A stretch of DNA of 62,526 nucleotides, the filler included, from Hausera hauseri (Eukaryota), in the NCBI GenBank assembly GCA_046269625.1. It is 10 parts of 10 records of this genome, joined end to end, with 100 filler letters (N's around TTAATTAATTAA, not from the genome) between each part and the next. Parts side by side here need not be neighbours in the genome. Positions count along the whole stretch, not along the records: positions 24,812 to 29,490 come from JBJURY010478021.1; positions 29,591 to 35,590 come from JBJURY010155756.1; positions 35,691 to 40,246 come from JBJURY010529345.1; 7 more parts are not named here. One strand, written 5' to 3'. A model generated the notes under the pieces. The model ran no database searches. It was not told the origin of the DNA and saw only the letters and a program-made list of their open reading frames with translations. The translations under genes and the position numbers were made by a program. Positions 24,812-37,970 of this stretch are shown here, piece by piece. The first letter of the stretch is position 1; the number at the start of each line of letters is the position of its first letter.

Positions 24812-27800
24812 GATTCCGTAGCGCATCTTCTAGTCTACTACCACTGGCTCTTCTATCTTCTTATTTATCAAATATTTTAAGCCAGTCTACTTCGCAGGGT
24901 AACTTCCTTTCTGCTTTTCGTGCCAAGCTAATAGCTCGATTAAATTCATTTTCTCGACTAGGATTTGTCTTGATTGCTAGATAGAGCAATACCTTTTTCA
25001 ATTCCTCTATCGAATTTTCTACCATAATTTTCTCAACTACTGCATCGTCCGTCAGGTTACTTTTTGATAGTTTGAAATGTGCACTTCTCATTGTCCTAGC
25101 TGCGTTAAATATTGCTTTTTCCTTCTCGTCTAATGTGTCTCCTCGGAGACTCGAATAGTTTACTATTCGTATTAGATTTTTCATCAATTCGCTTAGCTCC
25201 TCATTATTTGTGCTAAGAGTAGGAATTGACATCTGCCTTAATTCTCTAATTAACTCTCCATTATAGTCGACATCTTCTCGGATTTTCCTGGGCCTACCTA
25301 CGGGCCTTTTCTGTTTCTGGATGGTCGCTGGTGTTATACTAAATGGTACTAAGTTCTTGTCATATTGCTCTTTATCCTCATCTATTTGTAAATACTCAAA
25401 ATACATGGCGGCGTCTCGGACTCCCATGATTTGTCCTACGCATTGTTCTATTTTTGCTTTACGAGTGGCTTCTTCTTTAGTCTGCTCGTTAGTTGTTATT
25501 GCCACTATTCTTTGTCTCGTCGGGTATAATCCCAACATCGATTAATGGTTCTAATTCATCCAGTATTCTACCTCTAAAGTAGAATCTGTAATTCAACTCG
25601 TTCGTACCACCATTATTTATTAGCCACTCTCTTACGTCCTTTACATACGAATACGTAGTTAACTCGCACTCTTTCTCATCCATCCATTCGGATGATATTT
25701 TTACTTTCATCATTACTTCAGGTTTAGCCTTTAATATTCTCGCATAACTTTTTATTAAAAGTTTTGGTAAGGTACTGTAAACTGTATTTTCGCAAGATAA
25801 TTTAGTTAGAGTCGGGATAAGTTGTCTTAATTTAGCTTCGGTCATATTTACGTTAACTAATTCAATTAAATCCTTTTCAGCTAGCGCCGAGTCCAGAAGC
25901 ATCTCCACATTGAATCTCCTGCTTTGCGGGCATGGTTCCACTTCGTTTAGTTGTATTAAGGTTACTGGATTTTCTATATTTATCGCATCTAAATACGCAT
26001 CCCATTCAGGGTCGTTGTCAACTTCTGGTAGTCCATAGTCTACTGGTGATATACTTGTTTTTCGTACGCTTTCTCGAATTTCTTTCAGTTTTGATTCTAT
26101 TTCTTTCATTTGGGTGGTACGGAAACCTATGCCGTTTCCACAAGCATATCGAATCTGCTTTAATAATTCACCAAACTCATCGGTGGGAGTGATTCCTTTC
26201 TGATGATAATCTGTTAACTCAATGATTATATCTTTCTGCCATCTTTGTACAAACTCATATTTGTTTCCGATTTCTGATTCAGTGAAGGCGTATTTGTTCC
26301 GGTATTCCTAGAATTCGTTCATTAACTCGATTAACCTTACTTCTCTTTGCTTAGTTTTTATACATGTTTCTTCGACTTGTCGAAGTTTAGGCAATAATTG
26401 CCTTATCTCTTCATCGCTAATTTCTGCCATTACTAGTAAATAAGCCAGTTTGTACATCTCGCTAATGATTTTCGAGTCGGGATCTATGGCATCGTATAGT
26501 TTCTTTACGAACTTAGATTCGTCAACACTGAGACTTTGGTCATTTTTGATTTTTATCAAATCAGTATGGAATTTTTGATCCGTCCCGGACATCCATTTAT
26601 GTGGTTCACGTATAAATCTCAATACATCTTCTATGAATACTTTATGATCGGAACATATGTCTAGAGTTTCGATATCTTGTGTTGAAATTTCGCCGACAGG
26701 TTTAGTTATTAAATATTGGATTCCTTCCCATCGAATATTTCTTAGTCTTGAATAAAAATCACAAGTCATATTCCGCTTTTCTGTAAAATTAGTTTCTTCT
26801 ATCATTCTATATATCTCTTCTAATATCATTTCTTCTTGCTTCTTCTTCATAAATTTTAATCGCCGTAGTGCTTCGAACCGTGTTCGAATATCTATTTCTG
26901 CTAGTATGGTATCCAGGTTTCGCGCACTTTCTTCTAATTGCCTTTTTATCATAGGTTCGCTTTCTGGGAATTCTTTTCTACGATCTTCGACTAATTTCCT
27001 TAGTCTCGTTATCAATTCAGACCATTCTGATAGTTGGTTAGCGATTATTGGTTTAGCTAATATAGCCGTGTCTAGGATCTTATATGCATCTTTTAACTCG
27101 TCGTCTGGTCCTTTTATAAACCTCATTATTTGGCTGACAATTAAATTCATCTTTGCATTCGTCAAATTCTATGATGCAAGCTTTTATTACAATTTTGGTT
27201 TCTTTGTTGTCCATAAATAGAATTCGGTTTTTCAAGATATTAATTTGTGATCTCTTTTCATTTTCCCATTTGATACGATTCTCTAAGCTCGTATGTAGTT
27301 TAGGTCCATCGAATGCGATTTTTATCATCTCCTTTAAGGGAGGAATATCTGCCCGGTCTATACCCAATATTTCTAAATCCGTGTCACTTCGATTATTGAC
27401 TGATTTTTCTCTAAGATGGTTAATCATAGTGCATCGGATTCCATCCATCATATTTTCTAAGTTACGGGCTACTCTTTTTAATTTCGGATTAGTTTCTAAC
27501 GTAGTTAATAATGTTTGAGCCTTAGCTACTTTCACATCGACACTATCTTCATTTTTACTCCATCCTTCTGAAAATTCGACTCCACTCTTAGTCCACGATT
27601 CTATTTCGTGTTTCCATTTATTTAATGTTTCAAATGACACCTCCTTCGGTTGTCTTACTTCAATTGCTTCATCGAAATTTCCTTCGCTCCAAAATTTTAG
27701 GCTTTTATATAGTTTTTCTGCAAACTGTTGCTCTTTACCGGATATATCGACCTGTTCACTTATTTGCTTAAGCCGTTTCAAATTGTGTTTGATTACAGCT

Positions 27801-29490
27801 GGATCATGAGATCTAATTCTCATTTTCCTTAACTTATCAGCATTCTTCCATGATCGTCGGATCTTCCATTTTTTGGATCAAAATTATCACTATCTTGTGT
27901 CTCTTCCTCACTAGTGGGAAGTGGGCAAATTTCGTTAATTTCGTCGTTGACTACATCTGGTGTTTCCAGCATCTCTGGCGTTTCTTTAGACAAAATTGAA
28001 AGGTCCGAGATTGAGTCATCTTTTAAAATAGTAGGGAAATCTTCTTTTTCCTCCCAATTCTTTTTAATGGGGGATCGAGAGCGAGTTCTGGACTTTCTCT
28101 TAAGTGATGGGCTTCTACCTCTATTCTTAGTTATTTTGAGCACTAATGGTCCGATAAATTCGCTTTCCACTTCTTCTGTTGTTTCTTCCGGTTTATGTGT
28201 TTCGGATACTACTTCCGCATCTAAATCTACGTTTTGAGATGTCGATGTTTTCTCAGCCTGAGCTATTCCCTGTGGAATAGGCTTTTTACGCGCCATATTG
28301 GTGCTGTTTGGTGCTACTGCATATTCATCCTCGGTTTCGGGTTCTCTTAACCCGTGGTAAACTTCCATCAATCGTAATTTCTTTTCATACTCTTTCCTAG
28401 CTTTCGTTACGTGAGGATTAGTGGTTTCACCTAAATTTCTTACAGATCTACGCAGATCTTGCATTTCAATGATCATACTTATATCACCTCGTTTGCCGTA
28501 TATGGCTTCTAAGTTATTTTTAATCATGCTTGTTTTATTTGGCTCCGTAAAGGCAACGCTTCTAGGATTCGGACATGACTTAGCAATGTGTCCTTCTTTA
28601 CCACAGGTATAACAAATTAAATTCCCATTACGGCCAATCCTTTGTCGACCGTCTTCGTTTACGGGCGATTTTGCTCTGGTTATATTCTTATTTTGACTTT
28701 GTGGAGTTGGCCTACTATCTCCATCATATCTATTATCGCTATTCCGACTATCCGTGTATCGGTTATTATTAGGTCGGTAACCACCTTGGTTATAACCGCC
28801 TTGGTTCCTATCAGGATTGTAGCCTGACTTATTATAAGAACTGTACGTATTCCGATTATTATTAGAATTTCTGTTGTCGTATTTCTGATTTCTATTATAA
28901 GCATTTTGGTTTCTATTATCAAAACCTTGGCTTCTATTATTATCCTTAAGTCGTCTATTGTCTCGATTGTCGGTTCTATTCCGATCATTATTTCTCTCAT
29001 ACTTGTCGGTTTGTTTGGCATATCTCTCCAATGCCATCTCTAAATCTTGGGCTAATTGTAGCGTTCTATCAAAATTATCAGGTCTAGCCAAAATCAATTG
29101 TTTCACTAAGTCTCGGGACCAAATCCCATTAATCAACTGTGTCGTCATCATGACGTCTAAATCTGGCGGAGTTGCCTTCTCTGCGGCTTCACGTTCCGCG
29201 TCTGTTTTGGCTCTAGCTACATTGGCTATTCTCAAGGTGCTTACATAACTATTAGCAAGTTTCTTTAATGCAAACGCAAACTGCGTTACTGATTCACCCT
29301 TTTGTTGTACTCTATTCTGAAAGGCCATGAGTTTCTGTTGCGGTGTTACTGTTGGCAATAGTTTCCGATTCAATGCTCCTACTAGGGAGGACCATGTTTT
29401 CTTCTCATCATTGGTGAGCTCACTATAAGCATCAGCGGCTAAATTCTTTAAGTATAGCGACAATCGCTTTATCATTACTTCAGGAGAAAG
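24812..29490 (-). mobile_element. Gag-like retroelement ORF of about 1500 codons: capsid, CCHC knuckle, helical region, ubiquitin-like domain, AT-hook; frameshifted
   Basis: FQNRVQQKGESVTQF (Gag MHR-like), CYTCGKEGHIAKSC; consecutive same-strand ORFs 27829-29475, 27080-27823, 26308-27165, 25489-26109, 24861-25538; YRFYFRGRILDELEPLIDVGI; KRPVGRPRK. Confidence 0.75.
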
Positions 29491-29636
29491 NNNNNNNNNN
29501 NNNNNNNNNNNNNNNNNNNNNNNNNNNNNNNNNNTTAATTAATTAANNNNNNNNNNNNNNNNNNNNNNNNNNNNNNNNNNNNNNNNNNNNTGACTTACCC
29601 TTCAAATTCATGAGATTTAATCTCATATTTGTTCAG

Positions 29637-30036
29637 AACAATTCAAAAGTGATGGTAATAGAGATTAGCAAAACAGATGCTGGTCAACAAGATCAATATT
29701 CGAGCCTTAGTCGAGGTCGAAATGTCGCTGATTATTTGTCAAAAAGAGCTTTAGGTCACACTATCTTCTTGGAGTAGTATTATTAGTAATTTTTCTAACA
29801 GACGGTAGGTTTAAAGACGATAGCTTTCATTTGGAAATTACTAATCAAAGTGGCGAAGTTGTTTCATTGTCGAAGGAAGATAAATCAGTAAGAAAGTTAT
29901 AAATACTTAAAATTAATTTGGGTTTCTAGTGTTTGACTTATGGCTTAGCAATGCACAAACAAGCTACGAATTTCATTCTGAAAGCGGATTATCAGTTTGG
30001 TTTGCTCCATTGTTTGGAGGCTGAAGAAGCATTTGC
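29637..30036 (+). CDS. NUB1: NEDD8 ultimate buster 1, upstream exons (29637-29754, 29802-29887, 29930-30036)
   Basis: LEITNQSGEVVSLSKEDK, GLAMHKQA, GLLHCLEAEEAF resemble NUB1; GT-AG introns of 47 and 42 nt. Confidence 0.75.
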
Positions 30037-30196
30037 GTTCGTTTTTACTTTATTTATTTGCCAGTCTTTTCTATTCCTTATACTGAAATAAGATTTTGTT
30101 ATTGTGTTGATTATGTTCTAGCAGCAGTTTATTGAAATGGTCTTTTGACTATGGAAGTTTGAGCTATAATCCAGTTTATATCCATGAACTAAAATA

Positions 30197-30772
30197 TTAG
30201 GTTAAAAAGTTTCCGGCCCTTGCAAACTTACGGATCTAAATTTTTTATTTTCAAGCCATTTTTTATGGTCTTGGTTTCAGTTGATAGCCCGTATTCTTGC
30301 GCGTTTTCTCTACACCAAACAACTGGACAGCATTTACGACAAGCTGAAGGAAAAGTACTCGGCACTTGTCAACCGAAAGCGCACTTTGTTTTAGCAAGAC
30401 AACGCCAAGCCTCATACAGCCAAGAAGACCAAGCACAAGTTCGAAGAGTTGGACGGCGTCGAGGTTCTTCTGCATCCAGAGGATAGCCCAGATTGTGCTC
30501 CATCAGACAACAGCCTTTTCCGCTCAATGCAACACTTTCTGAAGGGTCACCGATTTGATTAATTTGATGAAGTTGAGCGAGCGTGTCAAGAGTTCTTCGA
30601 TTCAAAGGAGCTGGCCTGGTACTTCGAGCAGATACGAAATCTCACAGGTCGATGGCAGAAAATTGTTGTTAATGATTGTCTCTATTTTGAGGAGTATTTG
30701 GTCTTGTTTTAAATAAATTTGTTCGCATGAAATTTGAGTTTTGTGCAAGGGTCGGAAACTTTAACAACCTGG
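30197..30772 (+). mobile_element. Internally deleted mariner element in NUB1 intron
   Basis: About 30-bp imperfect TIRs (TTAGGTTAAAAAGTTTCCGGCCCTTGCA and the inverted copy at the right end) flanked by TA; QDNAKPH...SPDCAPSD (D34D-type). Confidence 0.9.
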
Positions 30773-31429
30773 TAAATAAGAATATATAAAATACGGTTTT
30801 TTATTTTGATACCATCACAATATCAATAAACGGTTTCCTCCATCATTTTAACACTTAACAGATGGGTTGTTTTTTTCTCTGCCTTTCTCGTTTTCTGGGC
30901 ATTTTTTAATAGAATTGCAGTTTTATAAAATCAACACTATTTTGATAAAAATTCAAGCAAAAACGTAATTCTACGTAGCTCGTCATAGGAAGTCTGAATG
31001 GAAAAACGTAAATTCACATGATCCGTCCGTTAAGTATTAAGAGTTATTAGATATCTGATTGTTTTGGAATAAAACTATTATTACCGTTGGATAGAGTCAG
31101 ATTAGATATAGTTTTATTATGAAATTGTAAAGTTTTTCTTAATTCTCAATTAAAATTGATGGCAACAAAGAAAATAAAAGGCATTTCACATCCATAAATG
31201 CCCTTTAATTGCCCCAAGGACAGAAGACTTCAAAAAGAGAATAAGGTCAAATTTGGGTATACATCGTTGGAGGAAGTTTATTCCGAGCAATTGGTGATAA
31301 TATTTGACGTTCAAAAGGTGTTATATTTTTCAAAAATCGATCGATTTGTGAGACGAGAAAGCTACCTAGCTTCAAAAGAAAGATTCGCTTGAGTGACGAA
31401 CGGAAGATCAGCAGAGCAGTATCAAATTC

Positions 31430-31620
31430 TATTAACAGAGAACAACACCTTACTGCTAGTCGGAATTTTACAAAGTCTACATGTTATACAAGTACAAATT
31501 TTTATAGTCGTTAATAATATGATAAAACTTTGCAAAGAAAGCTAAGATTATGCAATATGAACTTCTAAGTGTTACGTCATTTCCAACTTAGAGGAATTTT
31601 GAAATTTCATAAAATTTTCG
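31430..31620 (-). repeat. Dispersed MITE-like repeat; copies at 33350-33490 (+) and 60385-60598 (+)
   Basis: Shared CATATTGCATAATCT core with alignable flanks (AAATTTCAAAATTCCTCT, GACTAG.AGTAAGGT). Confidence 0.7.
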
Positions 31621-31702
31621 TTTCTTTTTCAACCAATATTTTTCCAAAGTCGGGTTTCCTGTCGTTAATATTATGTCAAAGTACAACGTATTCGTCTATT
31701 TA

Positions 31703-33326
31703 CACTAGGTAACAATTTTTTACAAAAGTTGTGTTTGGTTGCATTTTTAGTGTTTCTCAATGAAATCACGTGCTGATTCCGAAAATGACATTTTTTCTTC
31801 TGCCATCAACCGTATGGACACAGTACAGGAAAATTTAAATTTTATTGTAACACAGTGTATTCATTGTTAAGTAGTGCCTGTTCGCAGAAAATTGTTCACA
31901 GAACTGTTAAATGTGAATTGTTTAGCGTTTCTGCCTCTTATGAATAAAATCATTATCCATGATCAAACTCCAGATGTAGTCCCTCATTATTGCCTCATTT
32001 CATCTTCCATGATATCTCCTTTCAATTGCCTGTATATCTTGATGAAAGTACTCCCATGCTCTTCGCTGACATCGACCAAGTTTGGTCTGAAGAAGTCCAA
32101 ATGATAGTACAAATAATGCACGTTGAGAGACATCATGCATCCGAGGTTTTGGTGGCTTTCAAGCAGTTCTTCAATGAGACTGCTGAAGTTGATGGATTTT
32201 CTATTTCCAAGGAAGTCGGTTACAACATTGTTAAATTCATTCCATGATCTTCTTTCTTTGGATGTTATTGTCTCCTCCAGATTCTGTGATTAAAGATTTG
32301 TTTCACTTGTGGACCAACAAATATGCCACCAGAGATTTTAACATGTCAACTTTGGAAACATTGCTCCGATTTTCTTGAATGTATCATTTTGATTCGGTGC
32401 TTTTACAAACTGTGCTATGAGCCCAGCTTGATGTGTGGAGGTGGAAGCAAGACTTTGTCAACTGGAACCAGAGGACTGTGCTGGACATTGTAAACACCAG
32501 GTTACAATGTGGGTCTTCCTGGCCAATCTTTTTTGATGTAGTGTTGAGCAACATCTCTGCTGTCCCAGAGACAAAAGAAGCAAGGGTACTTTGTAAATCC
32601 ACCTTGCAATTGAAGAAGAAATCCCAACATCTTAAAATCTCCAAATACATCTCATTTTTCTTCCTCGTATTTAAGCTTTTCTAACAAACTTTTCACATTC
32701 TGGTAATCCCTCTTGAGATTCACAACGACAAACAGGAATCGAAGGGTACACATTGCCATTGTGAAGAAGGACCACCTTCAGACTTCTTGATGAGACGCCA
32801 ATCTTGGGGACAATGTTCCAAACTTATTTCGTTGAACAGTCCACAAACACCATTACAGTAATACAGGATTCGGCGACTGTAAAATATTTATCATATGACT
32901 CATGTCTTTTCCGGAATGTGGACACTACAACTGGGATCCAATAAATTTCTCTTTTGTCGTGCAATATTTAGTTCCAGGAACAATCGTATATTTCACTTGC
33001 TTTGATCCGATGTAGTAACCGCAAGAGAAGCAAAAGCAATTTGGAGACAATTTGCAGCCTCTAGTAGCCATGTTTTCTGGTAACCAGCTATTTAAAATTA
33101 AAATAAATAATCCTTAAAAGGATTATGATTACTAATAATCAATTGTTGTCACGTCAACAGAACATCTGCAATTTCCGTAGAATATACCAGTAGGAAAATC
33201 ATATATCTCGGAATTCCATAGAAACGGTTGATGATAAAAAGACAACAGCACCACTGGAATCAGCTCATCAAAATCATATGAAAAGCATTAAAAATGAAGC
33301 CAAACAAATTTTTGTTATCCACGGTT
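31703..33326 (-). mobile_element. Decayed DNA transposon, Chapaev3 (CMC)-like
   Basis: Imperfect TIRs starting CACTAGGTAACAA; transposase remnants MATRGCKLSPNCFCFSCG, LPPHIKLGS, GIFVGPQV, VSEEHGSTFIK, YCVTI. Confidence 0.7.
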
Positions 33327-33583
33327 GATTAAATGGGGAATACTTTTGTTAATTCACAAAATTCTACTGCATGTTAGGAGGGAGAATTGAAGTGAGTAAT
33401 AACGTAATATCTAGAGGCCCATATTGCATAATCTGAGTTTTCTTTCAATATTAAGCTAAAATTGTTAAAACTTTATAACTTTACGTGAATACTATATCCA
33501 TTGGTAACAACAGTTCCATACAAGGATTTTCAATCAATCTTAATTTGCATTTATTATTTTATTGACATTGATATATTTTGCAG

Positions 33584-34495
33584 AAAAAGCAGTTACTCTG
33601 GTTTAATTGACAATGTAGCTATTTTACAATTGGATATTGTCTGGTGTTACTACTGTTTACAAAACATTGATGATTTACAGGATGCCAGTTTGATTTAGTT
33701 TTGTGTCAAACAATGAATCAGCCGTCTGTTTTATAGAAAGACGTCTAACAATTTGCGAAGATCGAATGAAGAAATGTTATGGAGAGGATAATGAAAGAAT
33801 TAAAAGAATTCGAGCAAAGAAGTCTTTCGAAGGAATACCGGAATGTGTTCACTTGTTCCGATTGTATTTAATGAAGGGGATAATTCATTTCTATGAGAAC
33901 GACAATGCGAACAGTCGTTACTTTGTATCTAAAGCCTTGGAAGTGTACAATTCCATGGTTGTTCCAGAAGATCTTATTATGCAGGGTTTTGCTGTTATAA
34001 ACGAATTGAAATTCATCGAAGAATTGTTCAGTGATGCTCTTGGGATTTTCTCGTGAGCAGGCAGTTGAAGGGTTGAAGATCCATCGAGATATACAGTCAG
34101 CTGTTGGATTCATTCTACAGCGAGTTGAAGACAAACGGAAGCAGGAATTAGAAGTGATAGAAAGGAAACGAAACAATGCTATTTCGAAACGTCTCGGTTT
34201 CACCATGAACCGATCTAGGTATGTCTTGTGTGGGAGTGTGTTGATATATTCTAACAACGTTAGGATTGAACTGGATACGTTGCAACGACTGATTGCTGAT
34301 TCTCATATGAGTTCGGATTTGTGTTTGGCTGCGATACGCCGGGCAAACAACAATTATAATGATGCGATGGATGTTCTCTTTAACAATGAGTCGGTGTTGA
34401 GGTCGGATATAGAAAAGTACCGTAATGAAGGCATCGTCACTGATTGTGATTTGAGTTATCGCACAGTCGAACTTGAGAAACAGGCTGTGAAACAG
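33584..34495 (+). CDS. NUB1: NUB1 downstream exons (NUB1 domain and UBA repeats)
   Basis: DNVAILQLDIVWCYYCLQ, KCYGEDNERI, LFRLYLMKGIIHF, UBA MLLGFSREQA; short introns. Confidence 0.85.
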
Positions 34496-34604
34496 GTGAA
34501 AAATTGGCTTTTACTTTACAACGAATGCGGTGAAATTTGCTAACAAGGAAACGGTTTTTATTATAACAGAATTTTTTATAACAAATAGTCAGAGAGGTGT
34601 AAAA

Positions 34605-35590
34605 TACGAGGGCAATTCAGAAATTAACTTCCGATTTGTTGTTTAAAAATAATTGTACTAAAAATAATGTTGCGCATGCACAATATCTATTAGCAAGCAT
34701 TTGTTTACTTAAATTAAAAAGCAGAATCGATTTGCGTAAAGTTTGATTGTAAAGTGATGATTTTAAAATGAAGCCTGTTATTAAATCTTCCGCCAATTGT
34801 GATTTTCGTGCAGTGATTCGTTTTCTGCTAGCAGAAGGACTTAATGCCGCAAGTATCCATCGTCGATTGAGTGTTGTTTGTGGTGAAAATGCTGTAAGGG
34901 GTTAATGTAGAACATTTAAGGAGGGGCGTACAGATGTGCATGACGATGGAGGGAAGGGGCGTCATTCCATCGTCACTGATGAACTTGTTCATTACGTCGA
35001 ACAAATGGTGCGTGCTAGACATCTTTTCACTATTTTTGAACTGTCGGTGGAATTTCCACAAATTTCAAGGACTACTCTTTATGGAATCATTACCAACAAA
35101 TCGGATTTTCATAAGTACTCTGAAAGATGGGTTCCAAAACAGCTTTCTGACGTTCACAAAAATCAAAGGATTGCAACGGCTTTGACCTTTCTTCAGTGAT
35201 ATTTGTAAGAGAGGGACAATTTATTGAACAAAATTGTGACTGGGGACGAAACGTGGGTCAAGTTCGTTAGTTCAGAGACCAAGGAACAATCTAAATAATG
35301 GATGTATAGTCATTCCCCAAACAAACCCAAGAAATTTAAACAAACGTTTTCAAACCCGAAGATGATGGCAACAGTGTTTTGGGATCGCAGAGGGTATTGC
35401 TAACGGAATTCATGAAACCAGGCACGATAATAATGTCTGAGGTTTACTGCGAAACACCGAAAAATTTCGCAGATCAATCCAAAACAAACAGCGCGGGATG
35501 GTTACGTCTGGCATTATTCTTCTATATGACAACGTGAGGCCCCACATCGCAGATCGCAAACAGGCTTTATTGCAGCAGTTTAATTGGGAA
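34605..35590 (+). mobile_element. Mariner transposon, decayed and truncated by contig end
   Basis: TA+CGAGGG TIR start; RAVIRFL, WVPKQLS, IVTGDETWV, MATVFWD, YDNVRPH. Confidence 0.92.
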
Positions 35591-35690
35591 NNNNNNNNNN
35601 NNNNNNNNNNNNNNNNNNNNNNNNNNNNNNNNNNTTAATTAATTAANNNNNNNNNNNNNNNNNNNNNNNNNNNNNNNNNNNNNNNNNNNN

Positions 35691-35789
35691 ACCCAACCAG
35701 ATATTGATGCAGAATTGACAATATGTGTGTCCGCATGGTAATGTTGTTTTTTCATTCATCATTTCTTTCAGACATATGGGACAATTATC
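35691..35789 (-). CDS. C3HC4 RING finger, truncated by contig end (not in ORF track)
   Basis: Minus strand reads NCPICLKEMMNEKTTLPCGHTYCQFCINIWLG after an AG acceptor-like site. Confidence 0.7.
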
Positions 35790-35844
35790 TATAATCAATA
35801 AAACAATTTTATTAACTATCACTGTATTTCATTACAAATTTTAT

Positions 35845-36081
35845 TATCTAATTAATTTGTTAATTTCCTCTACATCTTCCCAAGATAAAACACAAATAGG
35901 ACATGTCAGAAAACAGTTCGAGTCCATGATCATAATACTTATATTGGCCTCCTCCCCACAATATGCACACTCGAACAGATCTTCCCGATGTTTCATTCTT
36001 TCAACGAGGTAGCATAATGGGCAGGGATTCTCTTCTTCATTATAAGTTGCCGTAAGTTTCTTGCATATGGCACAGCCTAAA
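35845..36081 (-). CDS. Small protein or exon with four CxxC pairs (not in ORF track)
   Basis: GCAIC...NPCPLC...FECAYC...LTCPIC...KLIR*; no ATG seen, possibly spliced. Confidence 0.55.
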
Positions 36082-36193
36082 ACTATTACTATTTAATTTA
36101 TCGAATTATTATTTTCTAATCAAATATCCATTTCTCTAATAGTTATAAGATACTCTTTACTAGAACAATTCAAAATAAACATGTATTGTCATT

Positions 36194-36493
36194 TCATATT
36201 TCCATGTATACAAGTCCATTTGGACCGACTATATACAGATCAGCTGGGTAATCGTTAGCCACAACAGTTGCCTCTTCTTCTTCTTCTTCATCAAGGATCA
36301 CTACCGTGGTAACTCCTAGGCAATTGTAACTGCTTGTTGTTCTCCTATAAAAAGGACAGTGCTGTTTCTTTGACAACCACTGGTCGGCACACTTGGTACA
36401 CATAATATGTGTACACCTGAATAAGGCATATCGCAATCCGAGTGCATTATAACATATTTTGCATCTGGTAGTTTTGGCTCCAATATCTGACAA
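36194..36493 (-). CDS. Small RING finger protein with acidic tract
   Basis: CKIC...CTHIMCTKC..W....CPFYR (last Cys replaced by Tyr); DEEEEEE. Confidence 0.7.
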   Translation of the reverse strand: MSDIGAKTTRCKICYNALGLRYALFRCTHIMCTKCADQWLSKKQHCPFYRRTTSSYNCLGVTTVVILDEEEEEEATVVANDYPADLYIVGPNGLVYMEI

Positions 36494-37824
36494 AAACTAG
36501 ATCAATAACTAAATACCACATCACAATGCATATTAAAATATTTATCCTGCAAGTGCTCCTCACTCGGGGCACCAGTTTATATGTTGGTTGTTATTATAAT
36601 TGCGCTTCCTTTAAACTTTATCTCCTGCTTTACTACTTCGTTTATATTTGTTACTATGGTCCTCTATCTATACATTTATTTTACCTGGTTATTTAAAATC
36701 CTATCTTAGGGATGAACAAAGGTGCACAGTTTACCAACATATAAATACATTTCTAAAATTATACACATTTTCTGAAGGTGGAGTTCGGGCGGTATGACGG
36801 TCAAACCATCCAGCGCCCATAATGTGAATTTCTATATCCTTCTTTATTCTCCTCTGGTTCATGACATTTATGGATCAATTCTCTTTTGATGTTTTGTTAT
36901 ATCTGTCCTACATCGTGGGGCCTATGGAATATAAATTTTTATCATCACTGGGTTTATAAAGTATGAATTTCAATGTCAATTTATTGATTATTTAGTCCTC
37001 CGAGATATTCAAGAATAAAGGTCCAAAATTTCATTAGTTCATTCAGGAGACTGACATTCTACATGTAATAGGTTCACACTAATATACCGTTGTCACTTTA
37101 TTATTTGACACCTAATAACATCACTCTCATACCGATTTCCGATGGTCCAACCCACAAGCACATAATCTTAATCTTAGAGCACCTAAATATTCATGAATGG
37201 CATTGTACATGGTATATTACTTCGACTTATGAATAAAACAAATCTTTCAGAAATTTTCGAATTCCCATGAGAGCATATCCCTGCTATAATCTTTAAGTTA
37301 TTAGTTATCTCATTTCTACTATTATCAAAATTTGATTACTGCAAGTGGGGTTACTAACCGAAATAACTGTTGCAAGGAATGCGTACCATTCTTCTCTCGT
37401 GTTTATTGGGAGCTTAAATTTCCTTCCGAATTAATCGTATTCTTCACCTTCATGCGAACGGTCATTATATATATATATACATATACAATCTCATACTAAG
37501 AAACAATTCATAACTTGCACATATAGTATCAATTCAGGATAGGTAAATAATTAACACGATTGAAGACTTGTATACTAAGATATCAAATTGAGAACGATAA
37601 ACTACTACTAATTTTATAATACCAACCCATCGACATCAACAAGTACAATCATTAAGAGGGAACATGTTCTCATGCTTTTTCCCTTTTCCATCGAAACCTG
37701 CTTCATGGCCTCTCGGACAATCCATAAGCTAATTCTTTGCAAATTTNNNNNNNNNNATTCTGCAACTTCGAATATAAAGCCGTTATAATATAATCGATGT
37801 CGATACGTTGGGCTATGCATGTTT

Positions 37825-37970
37825 ACGCAAATAGTTATTACATATAATTTTCCAGCTATATTAAATAATTTACTCATATCATACATGTAATTCGATGACG
37901 CAAATAGTTATTACATATAATTTTCCAACTATATTAAATAATTTACTCATATCATACATGTAATTCGATG
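37825..37970. repeat. 73-bp tandem duplication with one mismatch
   Basis: 37825-37897 repeated at 37898-37970. Confidence 0.9.

Noticed and set aside
27914-29248. Plus-strand ORFs opposite Gag
   Set aside because: Antisense shadows of the real minus-strand frame.
16029-36493. Apparent ubiquitin-pathway cluster (HERC2, UBL-Gag, NUB1, RINGs)
   Set aside because: These lie on separate concatenated contigs, so co-location is not evidence of a functional cluster.
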